Positions 1 through 13,155 of a stretch of 64,000 nt of DNA are shown one piece after another. The stretch is from Trichoplax sp. H2 (taxonomy: Eukaryota), in contig NOWV01000241.1 in NCBI GenBank assembly GCA_003344405.1, positions 1-64,000 on the forward strand, given 5' to 3'. Under the pieces are notes generated by a model, which saw nothing but the letters and a program-made list of their open reading frames with translations, searched no databases and was not told the origin of the DNA. The position numbers and the translations under genes are program-made. Position 1 is the stretch's first letter; each line of letters starts with the position of its first letter.

Positions 1-329
1 CATGACTGCTCCTTATTTTGGCTACTTAATTCAATTGGAATGAAAGTTTGCATCATGCTGATGCAGTGCAAAGGAATGACGAAAGCAGCGTTCGTATGTC
101 AAGTATACTATCCTACTTACTAGGCCAGGCCACGGTGCAAAACGAGCTACTCTAGCCCATACCAAGTTTTCACCATTATCTTTCATATTAAGGCCTAAAT
201 TAAATCAAGTTTCTCTCTTGAAGGCAACCACACAACAGCAACCAGCTACTACGAGATGGTGGATTGGGCAATGGCTGAAAGCCTGCAACTCGACAAACCC
301 GCGAAATTGACGACGGTGTCACGTCCGGC

Positions 330-1860
330 CGTCTGTACACAGTGCACAGTATACAGTGTACAGTTCTACAGTACAGTCTTGTACTGTAAGTTGTCCCTTT
401 TGGTCCCCACACTAGAGACCCAGTTCAGTCCAGTTCCGAGTCGAGCTACGGGGTTAGGGACTGACAACAGTCGTTCAGTATACGAAAATGACTGGGCTGA
501 CTCTTTTGCTGGTCATCTCACCTAAAGCGTATGTCTGGAAACGATACCCTATACTGTCCACCATTTTGGTCTAAATGAGCCGCTTGATCGATTTTGTAGA
601 GTGGAGTAGACGGTTTGGGCAGTAGCGTATACTAGAATAATTAGCCGCTTGGTCGATTTTGTGGAATGGAGTAGATGTTTTGGGCAGTAGCGTATACTAG
701 AATAAGCAGTAAAACGATGATTAGCCCACTCATTATTTTGCAGTCAAACGGCCGCGACGCATCCCTCCGTCTTTCTGTACTATACTGGTGCTTGACAGAC
801 GGTAATGTACTGTACTGTACAGTTCAGTACTCTCATGAGATAGTAGCACACAGTGCACAGTACTGTATGTACAGTGTACAGTACTTTTGTCATGCAAGTA
901 CTGTACTGTACTGACTGCATAGCTACGGTAGAGACACTAAAACATCACTGAGCAGACGCATGGTCAAGGAAAAACAGCACAGTCGACAGTAGAGACCGTC
1001 TATGAGAGTCTGTAGTCGACAGTATTGCTAGTGTTTCGTGAAACTTGACATGTACTGTACACTGTACACTGTACAGTACAGTACAGTACTGTAGAGGACT
1101 CTTGATAGAATAATTACTGTACTGTACTGTATACTCGTATAAGTAAAGCATACTGGTATTTTCAATCCAATGGATTCCTTTGCAGGACGTCTACTACGTC
1201 AATACCGACACTGTTATAGTACTACTGGTACTAGATGAAATATTGTAGGTATAGTAGAAGGTCGGGGAGTCATGAATTGTTCTTATTCAGTCTACAGTAC
1301 AGTACTTGTAGTGGCAGTATTTTGCATACTGTACTGTACTTTGCAGAATGAACGCAATGCAGTGTACAGTGTACAGTGTACAGTGCTGTCCTGTATTGTA
1401 CTGTACTGTACACTGTACTGGATTGATTGATGTATTATTTGTTCACTTTCCGAAATTTATTTGTTTTTGGATGTTAAAATTTAATTTATCGGCTGAAATA
1501 TCTTAGACATACTGTACAGTACAGTATCTCAATTTCGACTGTGTACAGTACAGTACTGTACTGTACTGTACTTTACAGAATGGAGGCAATGCACAGTACT
1601 GTACTGCACAGTGTACAGTGTACACTGCAGTCCTGTATTGTACTGGACTGGACTGGATAATATCAATGTTGCGTAGTTTGCCCACTTTGGGGCAATGGAA
1701 GAAATACGCAGGTGCAGTTTGGCAGGCCCTGAACTGCGCATCCGCGTTCCGGCCCATTCCCTACATGTTATCGTATCTCAATTTCTACTGTGTACAGTAT
1801 GTGCGTTGGTGGTCAGCGTCCATCATCATACTGTAGTCAGTGTACTGTAGACTGCAGTGA
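330..1860. repeat. ACTGT/ACAGT palindromic micro-repeat mosaic upstream of ARIH1
   Basis: Dense runs at ~335-390, 805-915, 1051-1132, 1327-1420 and 1510-1660; perfect 24-bp palindrome gtacagtacagtactgtactgtac at 1543-1566. Confidence 0.9.
578..705. repeat. Tandem duplication of ~65 bp
   Basis: agccgcttg(a/g)tcgattttgt...gggcagtagcgtatactagaataa occurs twice in succession. Confidence 0.9.
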
Positions 1861-2000
1861 CCCCCTAGCGACTGTTGAATCAACTCGGTGTAGTGACCTG
1901 ACTTTGCGAGTGAAACAAAGCATTCCGTCATTTTGAAGCAATTCATCACTGTTGTCGTCCGCCATTTGTTGATCGCTGTCGGGCTTGCTCGATTTTCATC

Positions 2001-5000
2001 ATGGAGAGCGACGAAGAAGGAATTTACGATGTGGAAAGCGACGCAAGTATCAACTATAATTCCTCCGATGATGGCATTTATAGTGAGGGAGAAAATACTG
2101 CACACGGAGAAGCCAACGATTTTATGGATGAACCGACTTCGTATAAATGTCTGACTTCCGATCAAATTTTCAATTATATGATGAAAGTGGTGGACGAGGT
2201 CAACGCTATTTTACAGGTAAGGAAAGCAGTCAGACAGTTGATTTGAGTCCATGATGATAGTCAGCAGACATGGCTGTCGATGATGATCATCGTACTGTCG
2301 TTGAATGGCGTGGATGGAAGGTGCAGTGCAGTCATGCAGACCCAAGACAGCAATGTTTACAAGAGCATCGATAGCAGTGGACTAGACACTTGTAGAAGAA
2401 TTCATCCACGCTACTCTTGCCGATCATCAACAGTCTTATTGCAATGCTATCCACATAGTAGGCAAGAGGAGATGGACTGTGGTATCTTGAGCAATCGCTA
2501 GTCTTAAATCAACGATATCATCCATGCTACTGGAGCTCCATTGCTTGTCTAGCCAATGAGTTCAAACCACTTTCCAACCTACACTGTAGTCTATCATTGG
2601 AGTGCCAACCTCCCTTGACCATTTCCACAACACAAGACAGTTACGGCATCATCAGCAAGACTCTCAATCATGTCTGTATAGCCGCACTATCCAGTATCAA
2701 TCAATCAATCGATTTGTTACTACAAATGAATTGTGGACCATCATTTCACAATACATTCAATTCTAATTTGATTCATTTCTAATTTTCCTTTCATCTATTT
2801 CCTAATTGAATGATACATGGATAACATAAAAAGCTTCCACCTCATATAACCTGTATCCTATTAAATCATTTCAAATGGGATAAAGAAAAATTAATGGAAA
2901 GGTAGGAAGCATTATTCACTCTCTTCTTGCAAAAATATACTCTTTACACATGATTAGCATACTGTCAACAAATCGGATCATACGTGCAGTCTTGATTCGT
3001 AAGCGTATTAATAGCATGTATCTATCGTCATCTCATGCAAATAGTCGTTTCGTAGTTGTAACCATTCAATTGTATCTTTCCATCCATGACAACGTAATAT
3101 ACAAAAAAGAGGAATCATTCTTATTGTCAATTTTTGTCAATAATCAAACTTTAAGGTACTATGAAGGTGATCAAGATAAGATATTTGAAGAAGCACAAAC
3201 CATTAATCCTTTTCGATTGAAAGGAAAGGTAAATCATATCAACATCGATACATGACAGTAATTCGTCTACTTTTCAGTCATAGCTTAAACTTCGGGTAAT
3301 CAAGGTAGTCTCTAGCAATACAAACAATATTACTTCATTTTCCATGCAGTCAGTTTGTACACACTGATCAAGGAAAAGTGAAAACAAAACTATTACTTTC
3401 ACCAATGTACTTGATTTGTTGATATTGACTTGATGATGTGCACTCATAAAATCGATACTACAGTATCAGCAAAAAAATACACACGTATCAAGTGGACTGA
3501 CCAAAATTTCAAATTAATCTTTGACAGACTAAGCGTCCTTTAACAACTCAGGAAGTCTGCGATATATGCTACTTGCCTTCTCAGGTAAATGTTGCATCAA
3601 CTTTATCCTACTTCACTTATTGTCTACAATATGCTTATAAATTTACTCTTTTATGCTGTCATGGATAGCAAGAAACTAATCTTCTACTCCTATTCCAATA
3701 TGAATTGTATCTCTTATAAAGCATATGAACGGATTACAATGTGGCCATTTTTTCTGCATCGATTGTTGGAATGAATACTTAAGAATTAAAATTATTGATG
3801 AAGGACAGGGACAAGTAAGTGATTACGAACGATATCATCTAACACAGTGGACAGCATCTTTTCCAAAGTCTTCCAAATGTTAATTTATACAATTCCATCT
3901 TTGCTACAAGTAGTTATAAAGACTCATCATGCAGTGTTAATATCTTGCATTATTGAATTTCTAGAAAATTGCTTGTCCAGCCAATGACTGCAATATTCTA
4001 ACGGATTATGAAACTATATTGTAAGTTAAACGATTACCTTTAGCATGCAATTTAACAGTGTATAGGCTACATCCTCAATTTCATGACAGTATAAAGGCTC
4101 TGCATATTTTATTCACTCTACAGTCAATTGTGCCTACTCATAGTGATTGTCGAGTAATTTCATCATTTTCCAATGCTTGCTGTATCAAAATGTAGGAGTT
4201 TATTACGAGGCAGCGATATTAAAACTAAATATCATCAGCGCCTAACAGATGGATTTGTTATGGTTAGATTTTTCTTATAATTATAAATCAATTTGAAAAG
4301 ACTTTGATCTTTATTGCGTTCAATTCAAGCCATTAACTTTTTTGCAGAGCCATCATCTAATGAAGTGGTGTCCATCGCCTGGTTGTAGTGTTGTTGTTAA
4401 AGTAAGTACTGCTGGAACTCGTAATGTAACCTGTATATGTGGCCATGCATTTTGCTTCCATTGCCTTCAACCTATTCATGAACCTGTTAGGTGTCCGGTA
4501 AGCTACGCATACCATTTGTAAGTGCCATCAGTTATGGCGTAATCCTGTAGTATCCTACGTTTGAGTGTGACCCCCAATTTTTCAACCCACTATCGCTAAC
4601 AGCTGTTGAAAAAGTGGCTAAGAAAGTGTAATGATGACAGTGAAACTGCTCATTGGATATCAGCAAATACCAAAGAATGTCCAAAGTGTCGTGCAACTAT
4701 TGAAAAGAACGGAGGTTGTAATCATATGATTTGTCAAAACAAGAGTTGCAAGGTAACCTAGGATTTACTTACCACTATATAGTTGTAATGATATATGAGT
4801 TGTACGCTGATTCTCTTCTACGGTACTAATATGAATCCATGCAGATTCTAATATAATGATCACATTCAATGATAATATAGTTTGACTTTTGTTGGATCTG
4901 CTTGAGTGCTTGGTCACCGCATGGTTCAAGTTGGTATGTAACGCAAAATTATAATGAACTAAATATCTCCATCTTTTCAATAATTTCTTGTATCCATTTT

Positions 5001-6054
5001 ATATCATATTAACGATATTGAATTTATTCATCATAAAGGTATAACTGTAATAGATATGATGCAAACGACTCTGTAGCTGCTAGAACAGCGCAAGAGGTTA
5101 CGTGACAATTTTCGTCTTAGCTGCATTTACTATTTCTCTATTTGATACATTTTCATTGATTTTTACCAGTTTTACAACTTTTTATATTTTTCTTCTGTCT
5201 TTCCGATAGAAATCTCGTGCTGCTTTGAATCGATATTTATTCTACTGTGATAGATATATGAATCATCGCCAAAGTTTAGAATTAGAACATAAGGTTGAGT
5301 TAAATTTTATTCTAAATCCTTGATGGAGCTCCAGCAATAACGTTGTTATCTCTAATATTCTACAGTTGTATTCCAAAATAAAATTTAAAATGGAAGAAAT
5401 GCAACAACATAATATGTCTTGGATTGAGGTAACCATAAAGTTTGTAAATTTGCCATTATCTTTTTCCTTGAAAACTTATTATCATTGCTTCGGTTGTCAA
5501 CATTAGTGCTAACTAGTGCTCTACTAACATATAGGTTCAGTTTTTGAAAAAGGCTGTAGATATCCTGTGTAAATGTAGGAATACATTAAAATATACGTAC
5601 GTTTTTGCATTTTATTTGAGAAGCAACAACCAAGCTACTATCTTTGAAGTAAGTAAACATTTATAATAATTTCCTTTCTATAAATTATCTACTCTGTATC
5701 GCGGATTTACTTCTTGCTGCTCACTAAATGATATGTAGGCAAATCAAAAAGATCTTGAAATGGCGACCGAGAGATTGTCTGAGTACTTGGAAAGGGATGT
5801 TACAACTGATGAACTGTCTAATATTAAACAAAAAGTTCAGGATAAGGCAAAGTATGAAATTATATTCAATACTATTAGTTCTATAGCGATAGGATGACAT
5901 TTTAATGTATCTTTTATACTTTTTACGCTTATGTAATTGAATGCTATTTGGTACTACTGTCCATTACAGATACTGTGAAGGTCGATGTGAAGCATTACTG
6001 CGGCATGTCTACGAAGGATATGACATGGATCTCTGGGAATATTTAGATGAATGA
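2001..6054 (+). CDS. ARIH1: Ariadne-1 RBR E3 ubiquitin ligase (multi-exon)
   Basis: Exon 1 2001-2216 encodes an acidic N-terminus ([10 protein letters not shown]...). Exon 2834-2901 reads [23 protein letters not shown] and exon 3156-3228 reads [17 protein letters not shown]1 CDIC...CGHFFC..CW; IBR WCPSPGC...[12 protein letters not shown]2 [21 protein letters not shown] (~4672-4733); Ariadne domain [13 protein letters not shown]. Ends LWEYLDE-TGA at 6052-6054. GT-AG introns. Confidence 0.95.
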
Positions 6055-7767
6055 TGTCCATACAGTATTCATCAATCCAATTGATGAGAAACTTTATAGG
6101 CGATGGTATCGTATTTATTAGCAAATTGAATCATCAGTTCTATACATCTAGAAAAAGGAAACTATAGTCAATATCAGCTCTTGTTGACTGTACTAGTCTT
6201 GCAAATTTTGATAATTTGAGGAGGGTATCTGGTCGAGCAATTCTAAGTTATATCACATATTTTAACGTGCACAAAGTACGTGTATCAAGAAGGGTATTTA
6301 TCATATGAAATTTGAGCTAAGTGCTATTAGATTTAATATACTGTAGTTGATTTGCTATTACACAACTGATAATCTTTTCTTGAAACGGTGATAACCTATG
6401 ATTGTTTACACGTTTAGTATTAATGGGCAAGTGTTGGTAATTTGCAGTGTCACATTAATCATCAACTGTTTTATATTAGTTATACTAGAGAAATTATAGC
6501 ACCAGGTGCTTTCATTTTTCTTGCCAAGTGGGGGTCTAGCATATTGTATTGATTAACTTGGATGTACGCGGTTGTCATATTTTTCAGTTTTTTTTAAGTG
6601 CTTTAATCATGATAAGATGTATGTACCTTTAAGTATGTAAATACAAGTCAAAGCATACTTTATTCAAATTTATCTGAAAATACTGATGCTGTAATTAAAT
6701 TGCTGTATAAAATTTTAAAATGTTGTGATAAAAATCATGGAATAAAATCTACATCGTTGTATAACTTGTTTGGCAAGAGTATGCATGCTCCAGGCAATCG
6801 CATTTTGGTCAATAAATAGAATCGGTGCGAGTTAACATTGGAGACAATAAAGGCGGCTAAAACTTTTACTAAAACGATCTTTGGCAATATAGCGTTGACT
6901 TTAATCATTCCCATGTAGGTTATGGACTATTTGTTTTTGTTTTTTGCAATGATACGATTAATTCTATGTGGAAGATTAACAAAGTTTATTCGCGTTGTAA
7001 GTCAACGGCGATGCATATTGTAGTACTCAATTTTGCCATTAAAGTATCAACACTACTGTAGAGTTGGACATTAAGTGGCTTAGGAACTATGCTATTAACA
7101 CCCACTCCTCAATTAATAATTCATAGTGAGCTAAGATTTTAAATTTGGTGTAGCTGTTTTATAAACGTTGATTCAATTTGTACACGGAATGTAAGGAATC
7201 GCATTGCCCAGGTACAATCCCTAAGGTGGATGAAAACAGTTATTGGAGAAAAGGATAGTAACTTTTTCTTACGACTAGTGGGATAAATTGAACGAAAACT
7301 GATTATACCTAGTAACTGCCTTTGTTTACTTAAGTTACAGTTAATCATGTCGTGTAGGGAGGGAATGGATGAGTAGCGAGTACGGTTGGAAATGATGAAA
7401 TGCGAGTCTGTTGTGCGTTGCACACATTATTATTAATACTGCATTTGGTAAGTTAACACGGTAGTAACTGGTTATGAGTGGATGTTGAGTTGGTTAGTTA
7501 ATGCGTTGGCTTGAAAGATAATTTACATCACCAGTTGTTGTTGATTGGCATTTATTTTATTGCAATTTTAATGATTTTAATTGATCTACAATAATTATTA
7601 TCAATTCATTAGAATCAATCGAAGTAAGTACTACGTTAACGTAGGTTATCATTTATCCTACAGTCAATGTCTAGTAAATGATCAGTAGGAACAAGGATAG
7701 CAATTTCTTCATACCAATACGATCATTGATGATGATCTATAGATACAAATTCATCATCGAAACTAGG

Positions 7768-8853
7768 TTAGTAGACATGATTACTGACAAACAAACTCTG
7801 TGAAGCAGCAGCACTATCAGCTCCTTCGCCGGCATATTTTCCTAACGTTGCTGAGCCATTGGCTTTAGCTCTCTTGAGAAATTCTTCTTGTGAAGAAGTG
7901 GTATTTTCCACCTTGCCTTGCCAAGCTTTTAGAGCGCTCGCTTGCAATGCCCTTCCAAATGAAAATGATAAAGCCCATGGCTTGGTACCTGGGCAGCTAT
8001 TGATCGCTGACAAGTTGATACTAGCTCGTTCTTCGGATTGTCCACCGGAAAGGAAAACAATTCCTGGCACAGCAGCAGGTACAGTTCTTGCTAGCGTGAC
8101 AACGGTAGCCTTAGCTACTTCAGCGGGTAAAGCTTTGGTTTGATAAGAGGCACCTTCAGTGACCATGTTGGGTTTTAACAAGGTTCCTTCCAAGAAAACA
8201 TTATGATCGTGTAAAGCCTTATAAGTCGCCGCCAGTACTCTTTGAGTGACTTTTTGACAGACTGGCAAGGAATGGTCGCCGTCTGGTATCACTTCGGGTT
8301 CAACAATAGGAACGATTCCATTTTGTTGACAAATACTAGCATATCGGGCTAGTACATGGGCATTTTCTTGAATAGCCAATTCACTGGGTGTTGAAGCTGT
8401 AATCTTGAGGACACATCGCCACTTGGCAAATTGAGCACCATCGGCTCTATACTGGGCACAACGCTTGCCTAAATCGTCTAAGCCTTGTGTGGTCGTTTCG
8501 GCGCTTGTACCTAATAATTGTACAACACCCTTGTCTACTTTAATCCCTGGTATAATACCGTTGTCCTTGAGTACTTGAACAAATGGTGTGCCTTGATCGT
8601 CTTTCTGATATAAAGTTTCGTGAAAAAGAATAACGCCACTAATATACCTTCCCATATCTTTGCTGGATGTAAAGAGTAATTGACGAAATTTTCGACGATT
8701 ATCTTCTACATTCTCAACACCGATGCTCGCTAAGCGTTTTCCCATTGTTCCTGTACTCTCATCAGCAGCCAAAATACCTTTGCCAGGAGCGACAATTTGC
8801 TTGGCAACAGAAGCAAGTTCTTGCTTCATTTCTGCAGTTAATTCTAGAGCCAT
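7768..8853 (-). CDS. ALDO: Fructose-bisphosphate aldolase class I, single exon, 361 aa
   Basis: Motifs [25 protein letters not shown], Schiff-base [25 protein letters not shown] and the conserved C-terminal Tyr (NHVY). Confidence 0.98.
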   Translation of the reverse strand: MALELTAEMKQELASVAKQIVAPGKGILAADESTGTMGKRLASIGVENVEDNRRKFRQLLFTSSKDMGRYISGVILFHETLYQKDDQGTPFVQVLKDNGIIPGIKVDKGVVQLLGTSAETTTQGLDDLGKRCAQYRADGAQFAKWRCVLKITASTPSELAIQENAHVLARYASICQQNGIVPIVEPEVIPDGDHSLPVCQKVTQRVLAATYKALHDHNVFLEGTLLKPNMVTEGASYQTKALPAEVAKATVVTLARTVPAAVPGIVFLSGGQSEERASINLSAINSCPGTKPWALSFSFGRALQASALKAWQGKVENTTSSQEEFLKRAKANGSATLGKYAGEGADSAAASQSLFVSNHVY

Positions 8854-9554
8854 GTTTTTTTTTTTTTTGCGCTGTCCTTCCCGCAGTCAACCTTCGGACG
8901 AGTAACGTTGTAGTCGTCGTCCCGTTGCTTTATTGAAACGACGTGCCCAATGGTTGAGGTCACGTAACACGTCATGCTAGTGACGTTGACTTGGCAGGTC
9001 GACCCATAGTGGACGTAGCATCGTGGTGTACCGACTGCGTCAGTAGACTGGCCGGTGACGCGTAGCCAAAAATCTTTTGCTGGGCACGGGTGGACTCAAC
9101 ACGTGGTACGATTGATGCCATTTCATTGGCTCTATTGGGAAGGTGTTGTTCCAGGTTGTTCCAGGTGTTTATTGTAAGACAAAATGGTGCAGTACTGGTA
9201 CCGACCGGGCCAATACTTGACTTTACTGGGCTAACAGGAATGAATATTCCTCTATTTAGTCTGCCATCCTTGGTTGGCAGTTTGGTTGATGAAACAAGTT
9301 GAAGAGATGAGAGATGGACGCAGAAACGTGATAGCCAACGTGTATGGGTGATGTTTGGTGTTTGTGCAGAGGAAATGGAAAACATCTGATCGTCTGCTGA
9401 TAGCATCATCACGGCACGTGTATGGTATGATGTGTTGTACGCTGCAGTCCGAAAGGTCGTAACGCCACAATATGTTCTGCTTCCACGCCATACACAAGCA
9501 AGAAAAATCCAAGCCTATTAGCGACCATACCGTACTGAAGCCTGCCACCAACGG

Positions 9555-10380
9555 TGCTCTACAGTGTACAGTACGGTACTGTACACTGTATACAGTACAG
9601 TACAGTATACTGTACTGTAGGTCTTCAGAATTGGGTCCGGTCCAATCCGGTCCGCTGCACGACCACAGTAAAACAGCGCGGACGGTACATTACTGCCGGT
9701 AAGAAGTAACCAAGTTTTTAGTTTACTGTACTGTACCAACTTACTGGACTAAGCAAGGTAAAGACTTCTCTGATTGATTTTGACTGACGCTACTGCATTT
9801 GCGCAGTACAGCCAGGACAGGACTAGACTGACTAAGTACATAAAAGACTCTCCTGATCATCGGATCGATTGCCTACTACTGCATGTGCGCAGTACAGCCG
9901 GTACACGTAGTACCGATTGTACAATGCACACTTGCACAGTACAGTGTACAGTCCAGTCCAGTATGATCTACTGTACTAAACTGGACTGTAGCTAAATCGG
10001 TGCATAATGGAGTGAGTGACTAATTTTCACTAGAAAATGAATTCAATTTCATATGATGCACTGAGAGAGATCGGATAAACATCGACCGATATCCATTTTA
10101 CTTAAAATCGATTAATATTAAAGTATTGGATTGCATTTTGAATAAGCTGATAGGAAATGAATCACACCGCACTGTACTGAGTACTCTACGTACAGTACTT
10201 CAGGTGTGTACTCAGTACATTGTACTGTACGTCGTGGAGGCCACGGTCAGATGGTCAGATGCCGATCATGTTGTCCCCAGGTGATTACGTCATCTTTATT
10301 CAACGTGACTTACCCTCACAACACTCATTAGACAGTAATACAGTACAATATACTGTACACGAGTGTACAGTACAGTACCC
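9555..10380. repeat. ACTGT/ACAGT palindromic mosaic in the ALDO/TMEM199 divergent region
   Basis: 31-bp palindrome at 9560-9590 (15-bp arms, 1-nt spacer), 24-bp perfect palindrome at 9596-9619, and further runs at ~9935-9990, 10170-10230 and 10340-10378. Confidence 0.9.
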
Positions 10381-10460
10381 TAGACATGGAACTGCCATGT
10401 GGACGTACAGACATACAGATTGTCGCCGTAAAAGGATAAAGTAATTCCCAATCAAGCAAG

Positions 10461-11042
10461 ATGGAGGTTGTATTCACCGAACGCTTGCATCAAGCTGCTG
10501 TTGAGGTCAGCAAACGATCCGATTTGCCTCATGATCTCCATGCCAGATTACACAATTTAACGCAGAAAGATCAATCACAATGGCCTGAAGCTATTCCATT
10601 CCAATTAGTTCAATCCATTCATCAATATTTTGTCAAAACGAAGGGTGATGACGGCACACAGAAAACTTACCTCTATCAGTTATTGGCTGGTAGTGAATTA
10701 TATCGCCAAGCATATCAGCCACCTAAACGCAATCCTGAATTACTGGCTAGGTTAGAAAGACTGAAAGCACAACAAGCCAATCGTGAATATCAAGAGATGG
10801 TCAAGGATGTTAGTCCAAAGCAATCAGCCAAGGAAACATTAGGTAAAGATCTACGATCGACACGTCGCCAACTCAGCAGTATCATCAACTTTGTCATTAC
10901 CGTGGCTTCAGCCTTTGCATTTGGCTTCTTTGCATCAAAACATGCATTTCCTAACGTTGCATTTCGAGTTTTATTTGGACTCTTTGTTGCCGTTGTGGTA
11001 GCTGCCGCCGAATTATACTTCATGGCTCGAATAGAAATTTAA
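10461..11042 (+). CDS. TMEM199: V-ATPase assembly factor TMEM199/Vma12, single exon, 193 aa
   Basis: YLYQLLAGSELY...PKRNPELLARLERLKAQQANREYQEMVKDV is followed by two C-terminal hydrophobic helices ending AELYFM, the Vma12-family pattern. Confidence 0.9.
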   Translation: MEVVFTERLHQAAVEVSKRSDLPHDLHARLHNLTQKDQSQWPEAIPFQLVQSIHQYFVKTKGDDGTQKTYLYQLLAGSELYRQAYQPPKRNPELLARLERLKAQQANREYQEMVKDVSPKQSAKETLGKDLRSTRRQLSSIINFVITVASAFAFGFFASKHAFPNVAFRVLFGLFVAVVVAAAELYFMARIEI

Positions 11043-13155
11043 CACTAGGGAAAGGGTAAGACAGGATTGCTTTCAAGCATTCAACTAAAATTGACTCTTT
11101 TTCGACACACTCTTATGTATGCTTGTGCTGTTCAAGAAATAACTGTATATCGTCCCAACAAGGGCTCATTCATCATAAATTCTTACTGTAGAAGCTAATT
11201 ATTGACTAGTCCTACGGGGATAATATCAAAGTCGTATTATAAACTACTGAACATTATCCAAGCTGCAATGATTTACTGCGTTATCTTGTATCGCCAGTGT
11301 GTTGATACTACTGTATAGTAAAACATAATTTAGTTCCACGTCAATATTAATAATCTACTTACTTACTATGCATAGGCTAACACTTATGCACTCCATGATG
11401 AATCATCTGTTACTGACTTGATAGCACTAAAGTGTCATAAAATTTTGGTGCTGATCAATGGTTGAAGTAACATGAAATCTTCTCTCTGAATTATAAATAA
11501 TTGATTAATATTACTCTTCATTAAAGCAAGTCAAGAGCAATACAGCTTACGCTATTGCAAAACGTAGCTAACGCTAGAAAATGATATTAGCTTGTAGACT
11601 GGCATTATTTCTGATTGTCTACTGACATGATTCTTGTTGTTTGGCGTATCTACTGCTTTACAGGTACTTTGTCAATCTTATGATTGACCGCAATGAAAAT
11701 TGACGATGAATCGGAAGATTAAACAAGGATTTGAGTCGTGGTTGATTAAAGCATTTAATAGGAGGATACCTTACAAATGTGTCGATAAATGATGGCTACA
11801 CGATGAATGACTGAAATCTACAAACATACGTACACTTTCAATCAACTAACTACTTTATGCTGCTTGGCTCAAATTTATTATTGTTACCTTATATCTTTAC
11901 AAACTAATACTTTGATAATGCAATAACTTTACACGAATATTATGCACATGAAACGTTATTTGTATTCTGTTAATAGATACTGCTATTGGGATACAAGTAT
12001 GTTATAAAAGTATAATCCAATAGTCTATTGATTACACTACATTGTACTTAAATGTACTATTGTTTATTTATTTATTCATCGCAGCCCTGATAAGTCTTAA
12101 AATACCGTATAAACTATCACACTAAATTTATCAATACATTTATCAACACATTATTGGATCCACCCCGCATCCCTAAGGATATATTGAACCATACTACAGT
12201 AACTGTAGACTCATATTTAAGTGTTGAATTTAACTGAATTATTGCTTCTAGCAAAGATTGTCTTCCAGGCAAATTTTATTAACTTTATTATAGAGTTTTT
12301 TCATAGTGCTACTATGATGTGCAATGAGCTCGAATTGAAAGCAAAAGCTTCATTACAGTAACCATATTTACCTAGATTGCACTTGTTATATGATATAAAA
12401 TTCTAAAACTGCATGATACCGTACATGCTACGATAGATTCTGTTTGATTTTCTTCATACATAGATATTAGTCCTCCTTATTGTTGCTAGAGTAAATTGCA
12501 GATTTTACTCTTTGAATAGCCTTAAGAGATATACAAGAATACAAATTTTAAACTTAATATAGTAATGTATTATATGGAATTGTTTACTTGATCGTAACTA
12601 CACGACAATTTGTAAGGCTGTATCGCTATCGATATTGATTTGGAATACTATGTATACTTCACGTGATGCAATATTAAGTGAAGTAAATAAGCTTGGACTG
12701 TAAATTAATAAGAGACTCTGCATAACACATACCTATTTCTAATTTCGAAAATAAATTGCTTGATAAGATATAATTTTCATGATTTATCTTTTATGAAAAG
12801 TCATAGGCCATTAAAATAACAGGTCATCATTAATATAAGCTACATGATCAGCTAGTTACTTCTCCACTAGCTACCTATTGGTATTTCTTAGTATCATGCA
12901 AAGCAAAATTTGCTATAATTTCTGTACTTATGTAATCTACAAATGGCAATCTAACAATATCAGCTTGATATCTCATTAATTACATATTACAAAGGTTTAC
13001 AATTGCAGATGTGCCCAGAATTATGATCTTGTAATGTATTATTGGGTAAAAGTAACTCACTCTCATTCAGACTATTACATAACAACAATCTCTTAAAATG
13101 TACGTTTGGCATCGAATTTTCATTGCAGGAGGTTAAACAATTTCTGTTATAAATG

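Noticed and set aside
1..330. Possible first exon of a minus-strand gene divergent from ARIH1 (donor-like acttac at ~115-120)
   Set aside because: No recognisable coding sequence inside the window; cannot be supported without the adjacent sequence.
200..1836. Short C/T/V/Y/S/Q-rich ORFs in the track (also 9472-10444, 36600-37013, 49318-50867)
   Set aside because: These are translations of the ACTGT/ACAGT mosaics, which lack stop codons in several frames; they have no protein-like features.
7859..8143. Plus-strand ORF inside aldolase (and similar shadows at 1785-2165, 10790-11023, 30883-31167, 55585-56016, 60174-60587)
   Set aside because: Antisense or alternative-frame shadows of well-supported genes.
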